This document shows, one piece after another, positions 11,121-19,997 of a DNA stretch of 64,000 nt. Both the position numbers and the translations under genes were made by a program. The stretch comes from Candidatus Omnitrophota bacterium (GTDB taxonomy: Bacteria; Omnitrophota; Gorgyraeia; Zapsychrales; Fredricksoniimonadaceae). The notes beneath the pieces are model-generated. The model was not told where the DNA came from and made no database searches. It saw nothing but the letters and a program-made list of their open reading frames with translations. Positions within the stretch are counted from its first letter, which is position 1. Each line of letters starts with the position of its first letter. The DNA lies in assembly GCA_903908245.1 (NCBI GenBank), contig CAIVRE010000002.1, positions 90,761 to 154,760 of the forward strand, given 5' to 3'.

Positions 11121-11158
11121 TGCATCAGTAGTATAATACACAGATACACCAATGTCAA
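11121..11158 (-). promoter_or_regulatory. Sigma70 promoter of the GntR operon with an overlapping YtrA-type operator
   Basis: Minus strand TTGACA-17-TATACT (11158-11130); imperfect palindrome TGTATTA-N6-TGATGCA (11140-11121) covers the -10; RBS GAGGAGG before ATG 11096. Confidence 0.8.
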
Positions 11159-11308
11159 TACTGAACAACATAATTCATTAATATCTGTTAATTATTGCAG
11201 TATATTGACTTAAGATAATATTATTACTATCGATAAATATTTTCTTACGAACATTTACATATGTGCATTATTCATATGATACAGTACTTATCGTAGCAAT
11301 TGTATGCA

Positions 11309-11533
11309 TTAGCGAGCGGGTGACGCCAGACGCTTAGGGCGAAAGCATCTAACCCAATGCGATTGAGGGCTCGGCTTACCACCATATAAGATAAAGACGA
11401 GACCTCCTAGCATTGGGTTAGATGCTGAAGCCAAAGCGATGAGCCCCAGGCGACAGTACCCGCGAGCAAATGGGAGGCGTGATGGCAAAAGGGCGGAAGC
11501 ATTCATGCCAATGCGATTGAAGGCTCGGCCTTC
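11309..11533. repeat. GC-rich structured non-coding element with direct and inverted repeats (ncRNA or REP/MITE-like)
   Basis: 40-bp direct repeat 11336-11375 / 11490-11529 (34/40 identical) and a perfect 17-bp inverted repeat 11344-11360 / 11410-11426. Confidence 0.7.
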
Positions 11534-11537
11534 TAAT

Positions 11538-11571
11538 AAAAAAGCCCGTGTCAAAAGATCGACACGGGCTT
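11538..11571 (-). terminator. Rho-independent terminator after smc
   Basis: AAGCCCGTGTC-loop-GACACGGGCTT hairpin with a T6 tract on the minus strand, ~20 nt after the smc stop. Confidence 0.85.
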
Positions 11572-11592
11572 GAATACACCAAGGAAACTTTA

Positions 11593-14500
11593 TTAAACAG
11601 CCGCGAGAGCTTCGTCCTGCGATTGGGCATTGGCTTCAAAAGACGCACTGACTTCCGCCTCGACGGGAACCGGCACAGGCAAAGCTTCAGGTGCCGAAAC
11701 AACTTCCGGTGCGGAAACTTCCATGGCCGCGGCGCCCGTCGGCTCTTTGGCTTTTTCAGCGAACTTCACCGAAACCACGCGCGACACGCCGGTCTGCTGC
11801 ATAGTGATGCCATACATCACATCCGCGTGCGCAATAGTCTTTTTATTATGCGTGATCACGATGAACTGCGCGACCTTCGCGAACTCCTTGAGGACACTCG
11901 CAAAACGGTCCACATTGGCCTCATCGAGCGCCGCGTCGATCTCGTCAAGCACGCAGAAGGGGCTGGGGTTCACGCGGAACACCGCGAAAATAAGCGCGAT
12001 GGCCGTCATGGTCTTTTCTCCGCCCGACAGCAGGCTGATGGTCTGCAGCTTCTTACCCGGCGGGCGGGCCACGATCTCGATCCCCGACTCCAGCGCGTTC
12101 TCGGGGTCCAGCAGCACCAGCTGAGCCTCGCCGCCGTTAAATAACATGCGGAAATACGAACGAAACTGTTCATTGACCTTCACAAAAGTATCCATGAACA
12201 ACTGCCGGGTCGTCTTGTTGATCTTGCGGATGGTCTGGTCGAGCAGGTCCTTGGCCGCCAGCAGGTCGCTCTGCTGCTTGGTAAGGAAATGGAACCGGTT
12301 CTTGAGCTCTTCGAATTCCTCGATCGCCATCAGGTTCACACCGCCGAACGATTCGCAGCGCTTGGCCAGCGTCTGGATCTCAAGCTTTAACGCCTCAACA
12401 TCAATTTGAGGCTGTGCCTGTTCGGGAGCCTGCGAACCATCCATCCCCGGCATATCCATCGCCACGCCCGGCGTTGCCGCAGCCGCGTTGAGGTCAATAT
12501 TATATTTCTGGAACACGCGCTCCTTGACCGCCTGCTCCTGATACTCGATCTGCTGGACCTTCATTTCCTTCTCGTGGACCATATCGCGATTATCCGCGAT
12601 CTCTTTTTCCATCATCATGATCTGCGTACGCACGCTCGACAGGCGCTGGGAAACATCCTGCTCCTCCACCTCAAAACGGCTCAAGGACCCGTGTAATTCT
12701 TCTTTGGCCGCCTTGAACTGCTCGATATTGCGCTGAAGCTGTTCAATATCCTCATTGAGCTTGATCCTGCGTTCGCCAATAGAGGCCGCTTCCGTGTTCA
12801 ACCGGGAGATCTCGTCCAGAAAGCTGTTTAGGGCGGCCCTGAACATCTCCAGGTTATCCCGCCAGGAACGTTCCTTATCTTTCAGGGCATTAAGCTCGCT
12901 CTCCATCTGGGCGGACGCCACTGCAGCCTCTTCGCGCTCGTGACGCCTGGCCGACAGCGACTCCTCGCGGCCTTTAAGGCCGCTGCGGATGAACGCCACT
13001 TCCTCTTCCGCACGCGTCAACTCGGCCCGTAAATGGCCGTCTCTTTCGTTCGATCTCGTCAACCCCTGGTCGACTTCCGCGACCTCCATCGCGACGGCCT
13101 GGATCTCGTCGGATATCTTCCTGGCCTCAAGCCCGATATCATTCTGCTGGGCCTCGCAAACAGAGAGGCGGCGTTCTTCGGCGTGGATCTCGCCCAGGAT
13201 ACGGTCAATAAGCTTTGACTGGTCGGCAGCCATCGCCACCTTGACCTGCTTTTCGATCACCAGGTTCTTGACGTCCTCCTCGATCGCGCTGATCTGCGCG
13301 GCCAGCGACTGGGGGTCAAGTTCAATGAATTTTGTTTCGCAGATGATCTCGTAAAGGGCTCCGCTGTCAAAACGGCTCAAATGGCTTTTCAAACTTTCAT
13401 GACGGGACGGATCGACCGCGATCACTTCCTTGATCTTGCCCATGAATCCGGTCTGCCCGGCCACCGGCACGCTGGCCGACAGGAAACGCCCGTCGATCAC
13501 AGGGTCCGGCATGTCCTGGTACTGCACATGCATCTTTTCAATAAAATCTTTTTGGGAAATAAGGAAGAATTTCTTTTTCTCCAGGCCGTCAATAGACGAC
13601 GCCAGCGCATTAAGCTCTTCATTCTGGCGGCCGAGGATCTCCTTCTCACGGAACAGGTCCCCGCTCAAACCGTCGCGCCGCGCCATCACATCCACGATCC
13701 CCTGCGATATCCCGGCCAGGCGGCGTTCGATCTCTTCCTTTTCCGTCTGCGCCTTTAACTGCTCGACATCCAGGCGGCGGCGGCGGGCCAGGAACCCCTG
13801 CGTTTCTTTCATCACTTCCGTCAAGGCATTGGTTGTTTCCACCTGGCGCGCGGTCATCGCAAGGATCGTCTCCTCGTCCTTGTGCATGGCCTCCTGGCAC
13901 TCCAGGATCGCCTGCGCAGCGCCGGCAAGCTCGGCCTTCTTGGCGTTCAAACCCGCCAGGGACGCTTCAACATTCGCGTTGAACATCGCGAGCGCACCTT
14001 CAAGCTCGCTGATCTTTTCCTGATGCCCGCGGCATTTATCGGCGAGAACGACCTTCTGGTCCGCGATCCGCTTTTCATTCTGGTCCAGGTTCGCGAGGCG
14101 CTCCTCGTCAAACCCGGCCTGGCGGTTGGCCATATCGATCTGATTCTCCAGCTTGATATCCTGCTCACGCACTTCCTGTACTTTGGCCTCAAGGTCTTCG
14201 AGCAGGATCGACTCGCGCTCCACCACCTGGCGGTACTCCTCGAGTTCGCGCGAAACATCCGTCTCCTTGCCCTGCACTTGCGCCAGGAAAGACTGCACCT
14301 CTTCCCTCTCCCTCTTGAAACCATCGAGCTGATACAACGCGAAGATCTGTTCAAACCCTTTGAGCTTTTCGAACTCTTCCTTGTAACGCTGGGCCTTGTT
14401 GGCCTGACGCTCGATGGACGATATCTGACGCTTGACCTCAACGACAATATCATTGATGCGCAGAAGATTATCCTCGGTCTCCTTGAGCTTGCCCTGGGCT

Positions 14501-15027
14501 TCGCGCTTTTTGGATTTATATTTGGTGATCCCGGCCGCCTCATCGAAGATCATGCGGCGGTCATCGGCTTTCGCGCTTACAACCAGGTCGACCTTGCCCT
14601 GCTGGACCAGCGAATAAGACTCGGCACCCACGCCGGTACCCATGAAAAGCTCAGTCACATCCCTCAAACGGGAAGTCTCTTTATTGATCAGGTATTCACT
14701 CTCACCAGAACGGAACAAGCGGCGGGTGATCAAAACCTCATCCGCGTTCAACTGAAGGGTCCGCGACCTGTTATCAAAAGCAACGCTGACCTCGGCAAAA
14801 CCGAGGGCCAGCTTGGTATCGGTCCCGTTAAAAATAACATCCTGCATCTCGCCGCCGCGCAGCTGCTTGACGCTCTGCTCGCCGAGCACCCAACGGATGG
14901 CATCGAACACGTTGCTTTTCCCGCAGCCATTCGGCCCGACCACCGCCGTAACCCCTGGCTCGAAATTAAGCACGGTCTTTTCCGCGAAGGACTTAAACCC
15001 GAATATTTCCAGACGTTTAAAATACAT
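11593..15027 (-). CDS. smc: Chromosome segregation ATPase Smc, with an atypically short hinge
   Basis: GFKSF, Walker A GPNGCGKSN, Q-loop VQQG, long coiled coils, LLSGGEK signature, LDEIDAALD, ITH. Confidence 0.95.
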   Translation of the reverse strand: MYFKRLEIFGFKSFAEKTVLNFEPGVTAVVGPNGCGKSNVFDAIRWVLGEQSVKQLRGGEMQDVIFNGTDTKLALGFAEVSVAFDNRSRTLQLNADEVLITRRLFRSGESEYLINKETSRLRDVTELFMGTGVGAESYSLVQQGKVDLVVSAKADDRRMIFDEAAGITKYKSKKREAQGKLKETEDNLLRINDIVVEVKRQISSIERQANKAQRYKEEFEKLKGFEQIFALYQLDGFKREREEVQSFLAQVQGKETDVSRELEEYRQVVERESILLEDLEAKVQEVREQDIKLENQIDMANRQAGFDEERLANLDQNEKRIADQKVVLADKCRGHQEKISELEGALAMFNANVEASLAGLNAKKAELAGAAQAILECQEAMHKDEETILAMTARQVETTNALTEVMKETQGFLARRRRLDVEQLKAQTEKEEIERRLAGISQGIVDVMARRDGLSGDLFREKEILGRQNEELNALASSIDGLEKKKFFLISQKDFIEKMHVQYQDMPDPVIDGRFLSASVPVAGQTGFMGKIKEVIAVDPSRHESLKSHLSRFDSGALYEIICETKFIELDPQSLAAQISAIEEDVKNLVIEKQVKVAMAADQSKLIDRILGEIHAEERRLSVCEAQQNDIGLEARKISDEIQAVAMEVAEVDQGLTRSNERDGHLRAELTRAEEEVAFIRSGLKGREESLSARRHEREEAAVASAQMESELNALKDKERSWRDNLEMFRAALNSFLDEISRLNTEAASIGERRIKLNEDIEQLQRNIEQFKAAKEELHGSLSRFEVEEQDVSQRLSSVRTQIMMMEKEIADNRDMVHEKEMKVQQIEYQEQAVKERVFQKYNIDLNAAAATPGVAMDMPGMDGSQAPEQAQPQIDVEALKLEIQTLAKRCESFGGVNLMAIEEFEELKNRFHFLTKQQSDLLAAKDLLDQTIRKINKTTRQLFMDTFVKVNEQFRSYFRMLFNGGEAQLVLLDPENALESGIEIVARPPGKKLQTISLLSGGEKTMTAIALIFAVFRVNPSPFCVLDEIDAALDEANVDRFASVLKEFAKVAQFIVITHNKKTIAHADVMYGITMQQTGVSRVVSVKFAEKAKEPTGAAAMEVSAPEVVSAPEALPVPVPVEAEVSASFEANAQSQDEALAAV

Positions 15028-15056
15028 GTGCAGTTTCCCTGATATGAAGGCTTAAA

Positions 15057-15269
15057 TTAGGATCCCACTTGTGCGGTAGAGTCAGCTTCCAGCCACTTGT
15101 CGATACGGTCGCGGCGAAATCGCCACAAACCGACCGTCTTCATGGCAGGGATCTTCCCCTTCTTGACCCAGTCATAAACCGTGCGTTTCTTGACCCTCAA
15201 ATAACCCGCGACCTCATCAATGGTCATCAGGTTCCCGATCTGTTCGATATTAGGCTTTGAATTCTCCAT
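15057..15269 (-). CDS. Excisionase/BldC-like helix-turn-helix DNA-binding protein (HTH_17 type)
   Basis: LMTIDEVAGYLRVKKRTVYDWVKKGKIPA...WRF; probable start ATG 15269 (MENSKP); ends 29 nt before smc. Confidence 0.88.
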   Translation of the reverse strand: MENSKPNIEQIGNLMTIDEVAGYLRVKKRTVYDWVKKGKIPAMKTVGLWRFRRDRIDKWLEADSTAQVGS

Positions 15270-15331
15270 AACTATATATAGACCCCCAACTGGATAATAC
15301 ACGCTAAATGTTGTGCGTTGATCACGAAATT

Positions 15332-15360
15332 ACTTTAATAAAGGAAAGGGAATACGTCAA
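15332..15360 (-). promoter_or_regulatory. Candidate sigma70 promoter for HTH-smc
   Basis: Minus strand TTGACG-17-TAAAGT. Confidence 0.55.
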
Positions 15361-15410
15361 CGGAAGTTTAATAAATTATTAATATAGCAGAAAATGCCAT
15401 CCTGTGACAT

Positions 15411-16610
15411 TTAGCACTGGTCTATCTTAAGGTCGATCTCAACATCCGCGTTATAATCAACACCCTCCAGGCCAAACCCGAAAAGGCGCAGGAATTCCCT
15501 GTTATAACTGTCAACACCGCCAAACTGGTTGGCATTCGCAGTCGTAACCGCGGTCCACATGGCGCTGACTTCTTTCTGGACATCCGGCCGGACTTCCCAA
15601 TCGTCAACACGGATGCGCCCTTCTTCATCCACCGGCACCGCGGACAGCGGACGGCAGTTGAAAAGCCGGTCACGAAACAGGCGCGTGACCTGCTCTATAC
15701 AGCCCTCATGAATGTTCTTTTCTTTCATCACTTTCATCAACAGGACAATATAAAGTGAAATGAAAGGGATCGCCGAACTGGCCTGCGTCACCAGCGCCTT
15801 GTTGACCGAAACAAATGCCCTGCCATCAATGGCGCTCATCTTCCTGTCAAGCTCATGCGCGGTCTTTTCAAGATGGTCCTTGGCCGCTCCGATCGTCCCC
15901 TGGCGGTAGATCGGCTGTGTCACCTCCGGCCCGATATACGAATAGGCCACGGTCACCGCGCCATTCGCGAGAAGGTTCTTTTCCGTCAAACGGTCGATCC
16001 ACATCTGCCAGTCCTCGCCGCCCATCACCGCGATGGTCTGCTTCACATCCTCCGGCGTAGCCTGCTCGAGAGAAACTTCCGTGACCTCACTCTTGTCGAA
16101 ATCAAAGGATTTGTTCGTATAACTGCCGGTGATCGGCTTTAAAGTGGACTTGAAAAGCTCTCCCGTTTTCGGATGAAGGCGGCGCGGGGACGCCAGGCTG
16201 TAGACCACCATATCGACCTGGCCCAGGTCCTTGGCAATGGCCGCGCAAACCTTCGCCTTCATATCGTCGGAGAACGCGTCCCCGTTAAGACTTTTGGCAT
16301 AAAGGCCCTGCTTGCGCGCGGCCTGTTCGAACGCATATGTATTGTACCAGCCCGCGGTCGCGGTCCGCTTGCCGTCGGATTCTTTCTCGAAAAAAACCCC
16401 CAGTGTCGCGGCGCCTGAACCGAAAGCCGCGGTAATGCGCGACGCCATCCCGTACCCCGTGGAACTGCCGATCACCAGGACCCTTTTAGGGCCGCCCGCG
16501 ATGGGGCCGTCCTTCAAAACATGCTGGATCTGTTCCTGGATATGCCTGGCACACCCGGCAGGATGGGCCGTGGTGCAAATAAACCCGCGGGTCTTGGGCT
16601 GGACGATCAT
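15411..16610 (-). CDS. fabV: Trans-2-enoyl-CoA/enoyl-ACP reductase, FabV family
   Basis: RGFICTTAHPAGC, GSSTGYG, SLASPRR, VMGGEDW, YSYIGP, GTIGAAK, HEGCIEQ, LFGF. Confidence 0.95.
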   Translation of the reverse strand: MIVQPKTRGFICTTAHPAGCARHIQEQIQHVLKDGPIAGGPKRVLVIGSSTGYGMASRITAAFGSGAATLGVFFEKESDGKRTATAGWYNTYAFEQAARKQGLYAKSLNGDAFSDDMKAKVCAAIAKDLGQVDMVVYSLASPRRLHPKTGELFKSTLKPITGSYTNKSFDFDKSEVTEVSLEQATPEDVKQTIAVMGGEDWQMWIDRLTEKNLLANGAVTVAYSYIGPEVTQPIYRQGTIGAAKDHLEKTAHELDRKMSAIDGRAFVSVNKALVTQASSAIPFISLYIVLLMKVMKEKNIHEGCIEQVTRLFRDRLFNCRPLSAVPVDEEGRIRVDDWEVRPDVQKEVSAMWTAVTTANANQFGGVDSYNREFLRLFGFGLEGVDYNADVEIDLKIDQC

Positions 16611-16630
16611 TTCTTCAAGCCTTTCTGAAA

Positions 16631-17848
16631 TTAACTTTCAATTGCTGTTCTTTTGGCCACAATAACGATCCCCGACGCCGTGACCGCAAAACGCTTGCGG
16701 TCAAGGTCAAGGTCATAACCGATCTTCTCGCCCGGAGGGACATGCACCTGCTTGTCAATGATCGCGTTCTTGACCTGCGCGCCTTCTCCAATAACGACGT
16801 TCTCCATGATCACCGAGTCAAGCACCTGGCTGTCGCGCCGCAATATCACCTGCGACGACAATACCGAACGCTCCACGCGGCCGCCCTCGATCACGCAACC
16901 GGGGGAAATAATGGAATCAACGACCATGCCCGTCACACAACGCTCCTTGTCGCAAACCGTCTTCATCATCACCGGAGGATAATGCGAATAGTGCGTACGC
17001 ACCGGCCAGGTCTTGTCGTACAGGTTGAACGACGGGTTCACCGCGACCAGGTCCATGTTGGCCTGATAGTACGCATCGCGCGTCCCGATATCCCGCCAGT
17101 AAGTGGACTGCTGGCCAAAATCATACGACAGGACCTTTTTATTTCCGGCCAGCATTTTAGGGATGATATTCTTTCCGAAATCATGGTCGGAACGGACATC
17201 GACGCTGTCACGCTCCAGCTCCTGGACCAGCACCTTGCGGCTGAAAAGGTATACCCCCATCGACGCGAAGATCTTGTCCGGCTCATGAGGGATCGTTTTG
17301 GGGACAACCGGCTTTTCCTGGAACCCGGAAATAAAATGATGCTTGTCCACCTCGATCACCCCGAAATGAGGCGCCTCTTCCTTGGGCATCTTGATGCACG
17401 CGACCGTCACATCCGCATGGTTCGCGATATGGGCCGCGATCATTTTCTCGTAATCCATCTTGTAAATATGGTCGCCGGCCAGGATAAGGATATGTTCCGG
17501 CGAGTAATCGCTGATCGCGTAAAGGTTCTGAAAAATGGCATCCGCCGTCCCCTTATACCAGTCCGCCCCGAGGCGCTGCTGGGCCGGGATAACATCAATG
17601 AATTCCCCCAGCTGGCTGGAAACCACATCCCACCCGGAAAGAACATGACGCTGCAGCGAAAAAGACTTGTATTGGATAAGCACAAAGATCCGGCGCAGGC
17701 CGGAATTGATACAGTTAGAAAGCGTAAAATCAATGATACGATAGATCCCCCCGAAAGGGACCGCCGGCTTGGCACGGTCGCGCGTAAGCGGATCGAGCCG
17801 CTCCCCCCTGCCTCCCGCCAGAATAAATGTCAATACCTGTTTGGACAT
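16631..17848 (-). CDS. glgC: Glucose-1-phosphate adenylyltransferase
   Basis: ILAGGRGERL...RAKPAVPFGGIYRIIDF, WYKGTADA, GDHIYKMDY, DFGKNIIP, YWRDIGT. Confidence 0.97.
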   Translation of the reverse strand: MSKQVLTFILAGGRGERLDPLTRDRAKPAVPFGGIYRIIDFTLSNCINSGLRRIFVLIQYKSFSLQRHVLSGWDVVSSQLGEFIDVIPAQQRLGADWYKGTADAIFQNLYAISDYSPEHILILAGDHIYKMDYEKMIAAHIANHADVTVACIKMPKEEAPHFGVIEVDKHHFISGFQEKPVVPKTIPHEPDKIFASMGVYLFSRKVLVQELERDSVDVRSDHDFGKNIIPKMLAGNKKVLSYDFGQQSTYWRDIGTRDAYYQANMDLVAVNPSFNLYDKTWPVRTHYSHYPPVMMKTVCDKERCVTGMVVDSIISPGCVIEGGRVERSVLSSQVILRRDSQVLDSVIMENVVIGEGAQVKNAIIDKQVHVPPGEKIGYDLDLDRKRFAVTASGIVIVAKRTAIES

Positions 17849-17850
17849 AA

Positions 17851-19989
17851 CTATTTCTTCTCCATCAAAACCTTGACCTCGTTGAGAAGCGCCCCTGCCT
17901 TCACCTTAAGATCTTCCTTTTCCTTCTTGTTCGCTAAAATTGGAACTAATATATCATATCCCCGTTTGTATTGCTTGTTTTTCACATACGCTTTTGCGAG
18001 CGCGTATTTGCATTCCACATTGTCACTCTCCAGCTCTACCGCCAGTTCTGCCTGCTCCACCGCTTTGGCAGGATTATTCAGCGCAAGATACGCCATCGCG
18101 AGGTTCTTGCGGTACGAAGCATCCCCGCTATTATGCGCGCACAACAAACGGTAATACTCAAAAGCCTTTTGAACATCCCCCTTTTTTTCCGCCGCGTCTC
18201 CCAAAACCCGGAACGCCTCGTCATACCCCGGAAGCACCCTGAGCGCGGCCTGGGCCTCGGCCACGGCGGGATCAATGAACCCCATATCATACAAGGTCCT
18301 CGCCCGGCGGATATAACGGTACGGGACCACTTTCGCGGGCCCCAGCTCCTGGAGGTCCAGCTCTTTGGGCTTCCAGGACGCGAGATCGATCCCGAACTTC
18401 CTGATCCATTCCCGGTTTTCCGGGGCATCTTTTAAAAGAATGATCGCGTCAAAATCAAAATAAACCGGCTTCCATTCAGGCTTCCCGGCCAGCATTTTAA
18501 GGAGCTTCTCCGGGGCGGAATAACCCGCCGTACTGACGAACGCCCCCGTCAAATGATACCGCCGGACAGCCGCCTCGAACACTTTCGCGTCGCCGTTATT
18601 CCAGATCTTCTGATATTCCTTGAAGAAAACAGGGCCGCGCAATTCCGTGCGCCCGTCCATATAAACCATCACATCAGGATAAGCCCGCCCCACCAGGTAC
18701 GCCCCGGAATTGAAATCATTGAAAAAATTCCCCTTGATCCTGTTATCGATCAGGAACTGCACCCCCTTCTCCGGAAAATTGCGCTGGGAGATCCCGAGGA
18801 ATTCGCTCTTTTGCTTGTACTTGTCGAAATCATAATAGCCGTGCGAGGAAAGCGCGTTCCCAAAATCGATCAGCTGCACCATCAACAGGAGCGCCAGCGC
18901 AGCCCCGGTCAAAAGCAGGAACTTCTCACTGTTGAAACGGAATGGCACCACGTCCGAAAAACGGACCTCGGCCAGGTTATACCCGGTCACCAGAAAAGCC
19001 GCGAACGCAAAATAGACCATATTCCTGATCGCGCCCAGCGAAAAAAGGAGGAATACCAGCCAGAGCATCACGGCGCTGATATCAAGCTTGCGGCGGTTAA
19101 AAATAAAACTGATGAACGACAGCAGGATGATCGACTTGAACACCCACTGGTCATCCGCGTAAAAAAGCGTCTTCCAGGCCAGGGGCCGCTGAAGCTCGGT
19201 AATACACTCGAAGAATACTTTCGAATCCCCGGAGATACCGATCAGCGTCCGGATGGGATACAACACGCCTTCGAGCCCCATCGGATTAAAGAACATGGCC
19301 GCAATAAGGGCGGCCGCGATAAGCCACAGGCGCTGAAACTCGTCATCTGTCAACCGCCCGATCTTGTTCCATTCATACGGCAGGGGCAGGCGGCGCTTCA
19401 TCGCCTCGGCCAGGAGCCCGATCAATACAAAGATGACACCCCAAAGCGAATACCCGTGCATATTCGTCCAGGCCACCTGCATAAAGAACAGGACCCACAC
19501 CGACCATGGCCGGTTCAAATACGATGAAAGGATCACGATATAACTGATGAAAAAGAAAACGCTGAAGATATCCGGGCGGATGGTGAAACGGGTCTGATAG
19601 ATCTGAAGCACAAAGAAAAGGAAAGGGATGATGACCAGCTGGCGGTCTTTATCGTACACCAGCATTAACGCCAGAAGGAATGTTAAAAGAACGATACCGG
19701 CCTGCATATAAATAAGGCCGTCAAACCCGAAAGCCTCACGGACCAGATGAACCACGACCTGGAACAGCCACTCATGATTGACCCAGGGCTGGCCGAAGAA
19801 AGACGCCGAAAGGACATCGAACGACGGCACATAACCATGGTGGACAATATACTCGCCCATCCTCAAATGCAGCCAGAGGTCGAGGTCCTTGATCTCGATC
19901 GTGGAGGCGAACAGGACCACACCGAACAATATGCCCAATGCGATCAGCCCGAAGGCCCAGTTCAATTTTCTGAAGAAATCAATGCTCAT
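17851..19989 (-). CDS. Polytopic membrane protein (GT-C-like) with C-terminal TPR repeats
   Basis: DLDLWLHLRMG, WVNHEWLFQ, RPDIFS, WTNMHG, YMDGRTE motifs, about 11 TM helices, then TPR-like helical repeats. Start placed at ATG 19989. Confidence 0.7.
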   Translation of the reverse strand: MSIDFFRKLNWAFGLIALGILFGVVLFASTIEIKDLDLWLHLRMGEYIVHHGYVPSFDVLSASFFGQPWVNHEWLFQVVVHLVREAFGFDGLIYMQAGIVLLTFLLALMLVYDKDRQLVIIPFLFFVLQIYQTRFTIRPDIFSVFFFISYIVILSSYLNRPWSVWVLFFMQVAWTNMHGYSLWGVIFVLIGLLAEAMKRRLPLPYEWNKIGRLTDDEFQRLWLIAAALIAAMFFNPMGLEGVLYPIRTLIGISGDSKVFFECITELQRPLAWKTLFYADDQWVFKSIILLSFISFIFNRRKLDISAVMLWLVFLLFSLGAIRNMVYFAFAAFLVTGYNLAEVRFSDVVPFRFNSEKFLLLTGAALALLLMVQLIDFGNALSSHGYYDFDKYKQKSEFLGISQRNFPEKGVQFLIDNRIKGNFFNDFNSGAYLVGRAYPDVMVYMDGRTELRGPVFFKEYQKIWNNGDAKVFEAAVRRYHLTGAFVSTAGYSAPEKLLKMLAGKPEWKPVYFDFDAIILLKDAPENREWIRKFGIDLASWKPKELDLQELGPAKVVPYRYIRRARTLYDMGFIDPAVAEAQAALRVLPGYDEAFRVLGDAAEKKGDVQKAFEYYRLLCAHNSGDASYRKNLAMAYLALNNPAKAVEQAELAVELESDNVECKYALAKAYVKNKQYKRGYDILVPILANKKEKEDLKVKAGALLNEVKVLMEKK

Positions 19990-19997
19990 AAGCGAGA

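Noticed and set aside
11336-11529. 40-bp direct repeats as a CRISPR array
   Set aside because: Only two copies, a 114-nt interval containing an inverted copy, and no cas genes in the window.
11309-11554. 81-aa minus-strand ORF across the structured island
   Set aside because: Starts inside the smc terminator hairpin, has no RBS, and its sequence is explained by the repeats.
15057-15269. Excisionase as evidence of a prophage or ICE
   Set aside because: No integrase, att-like repeat, tRNA or phage gene nearby; flanked by fabV and smc.
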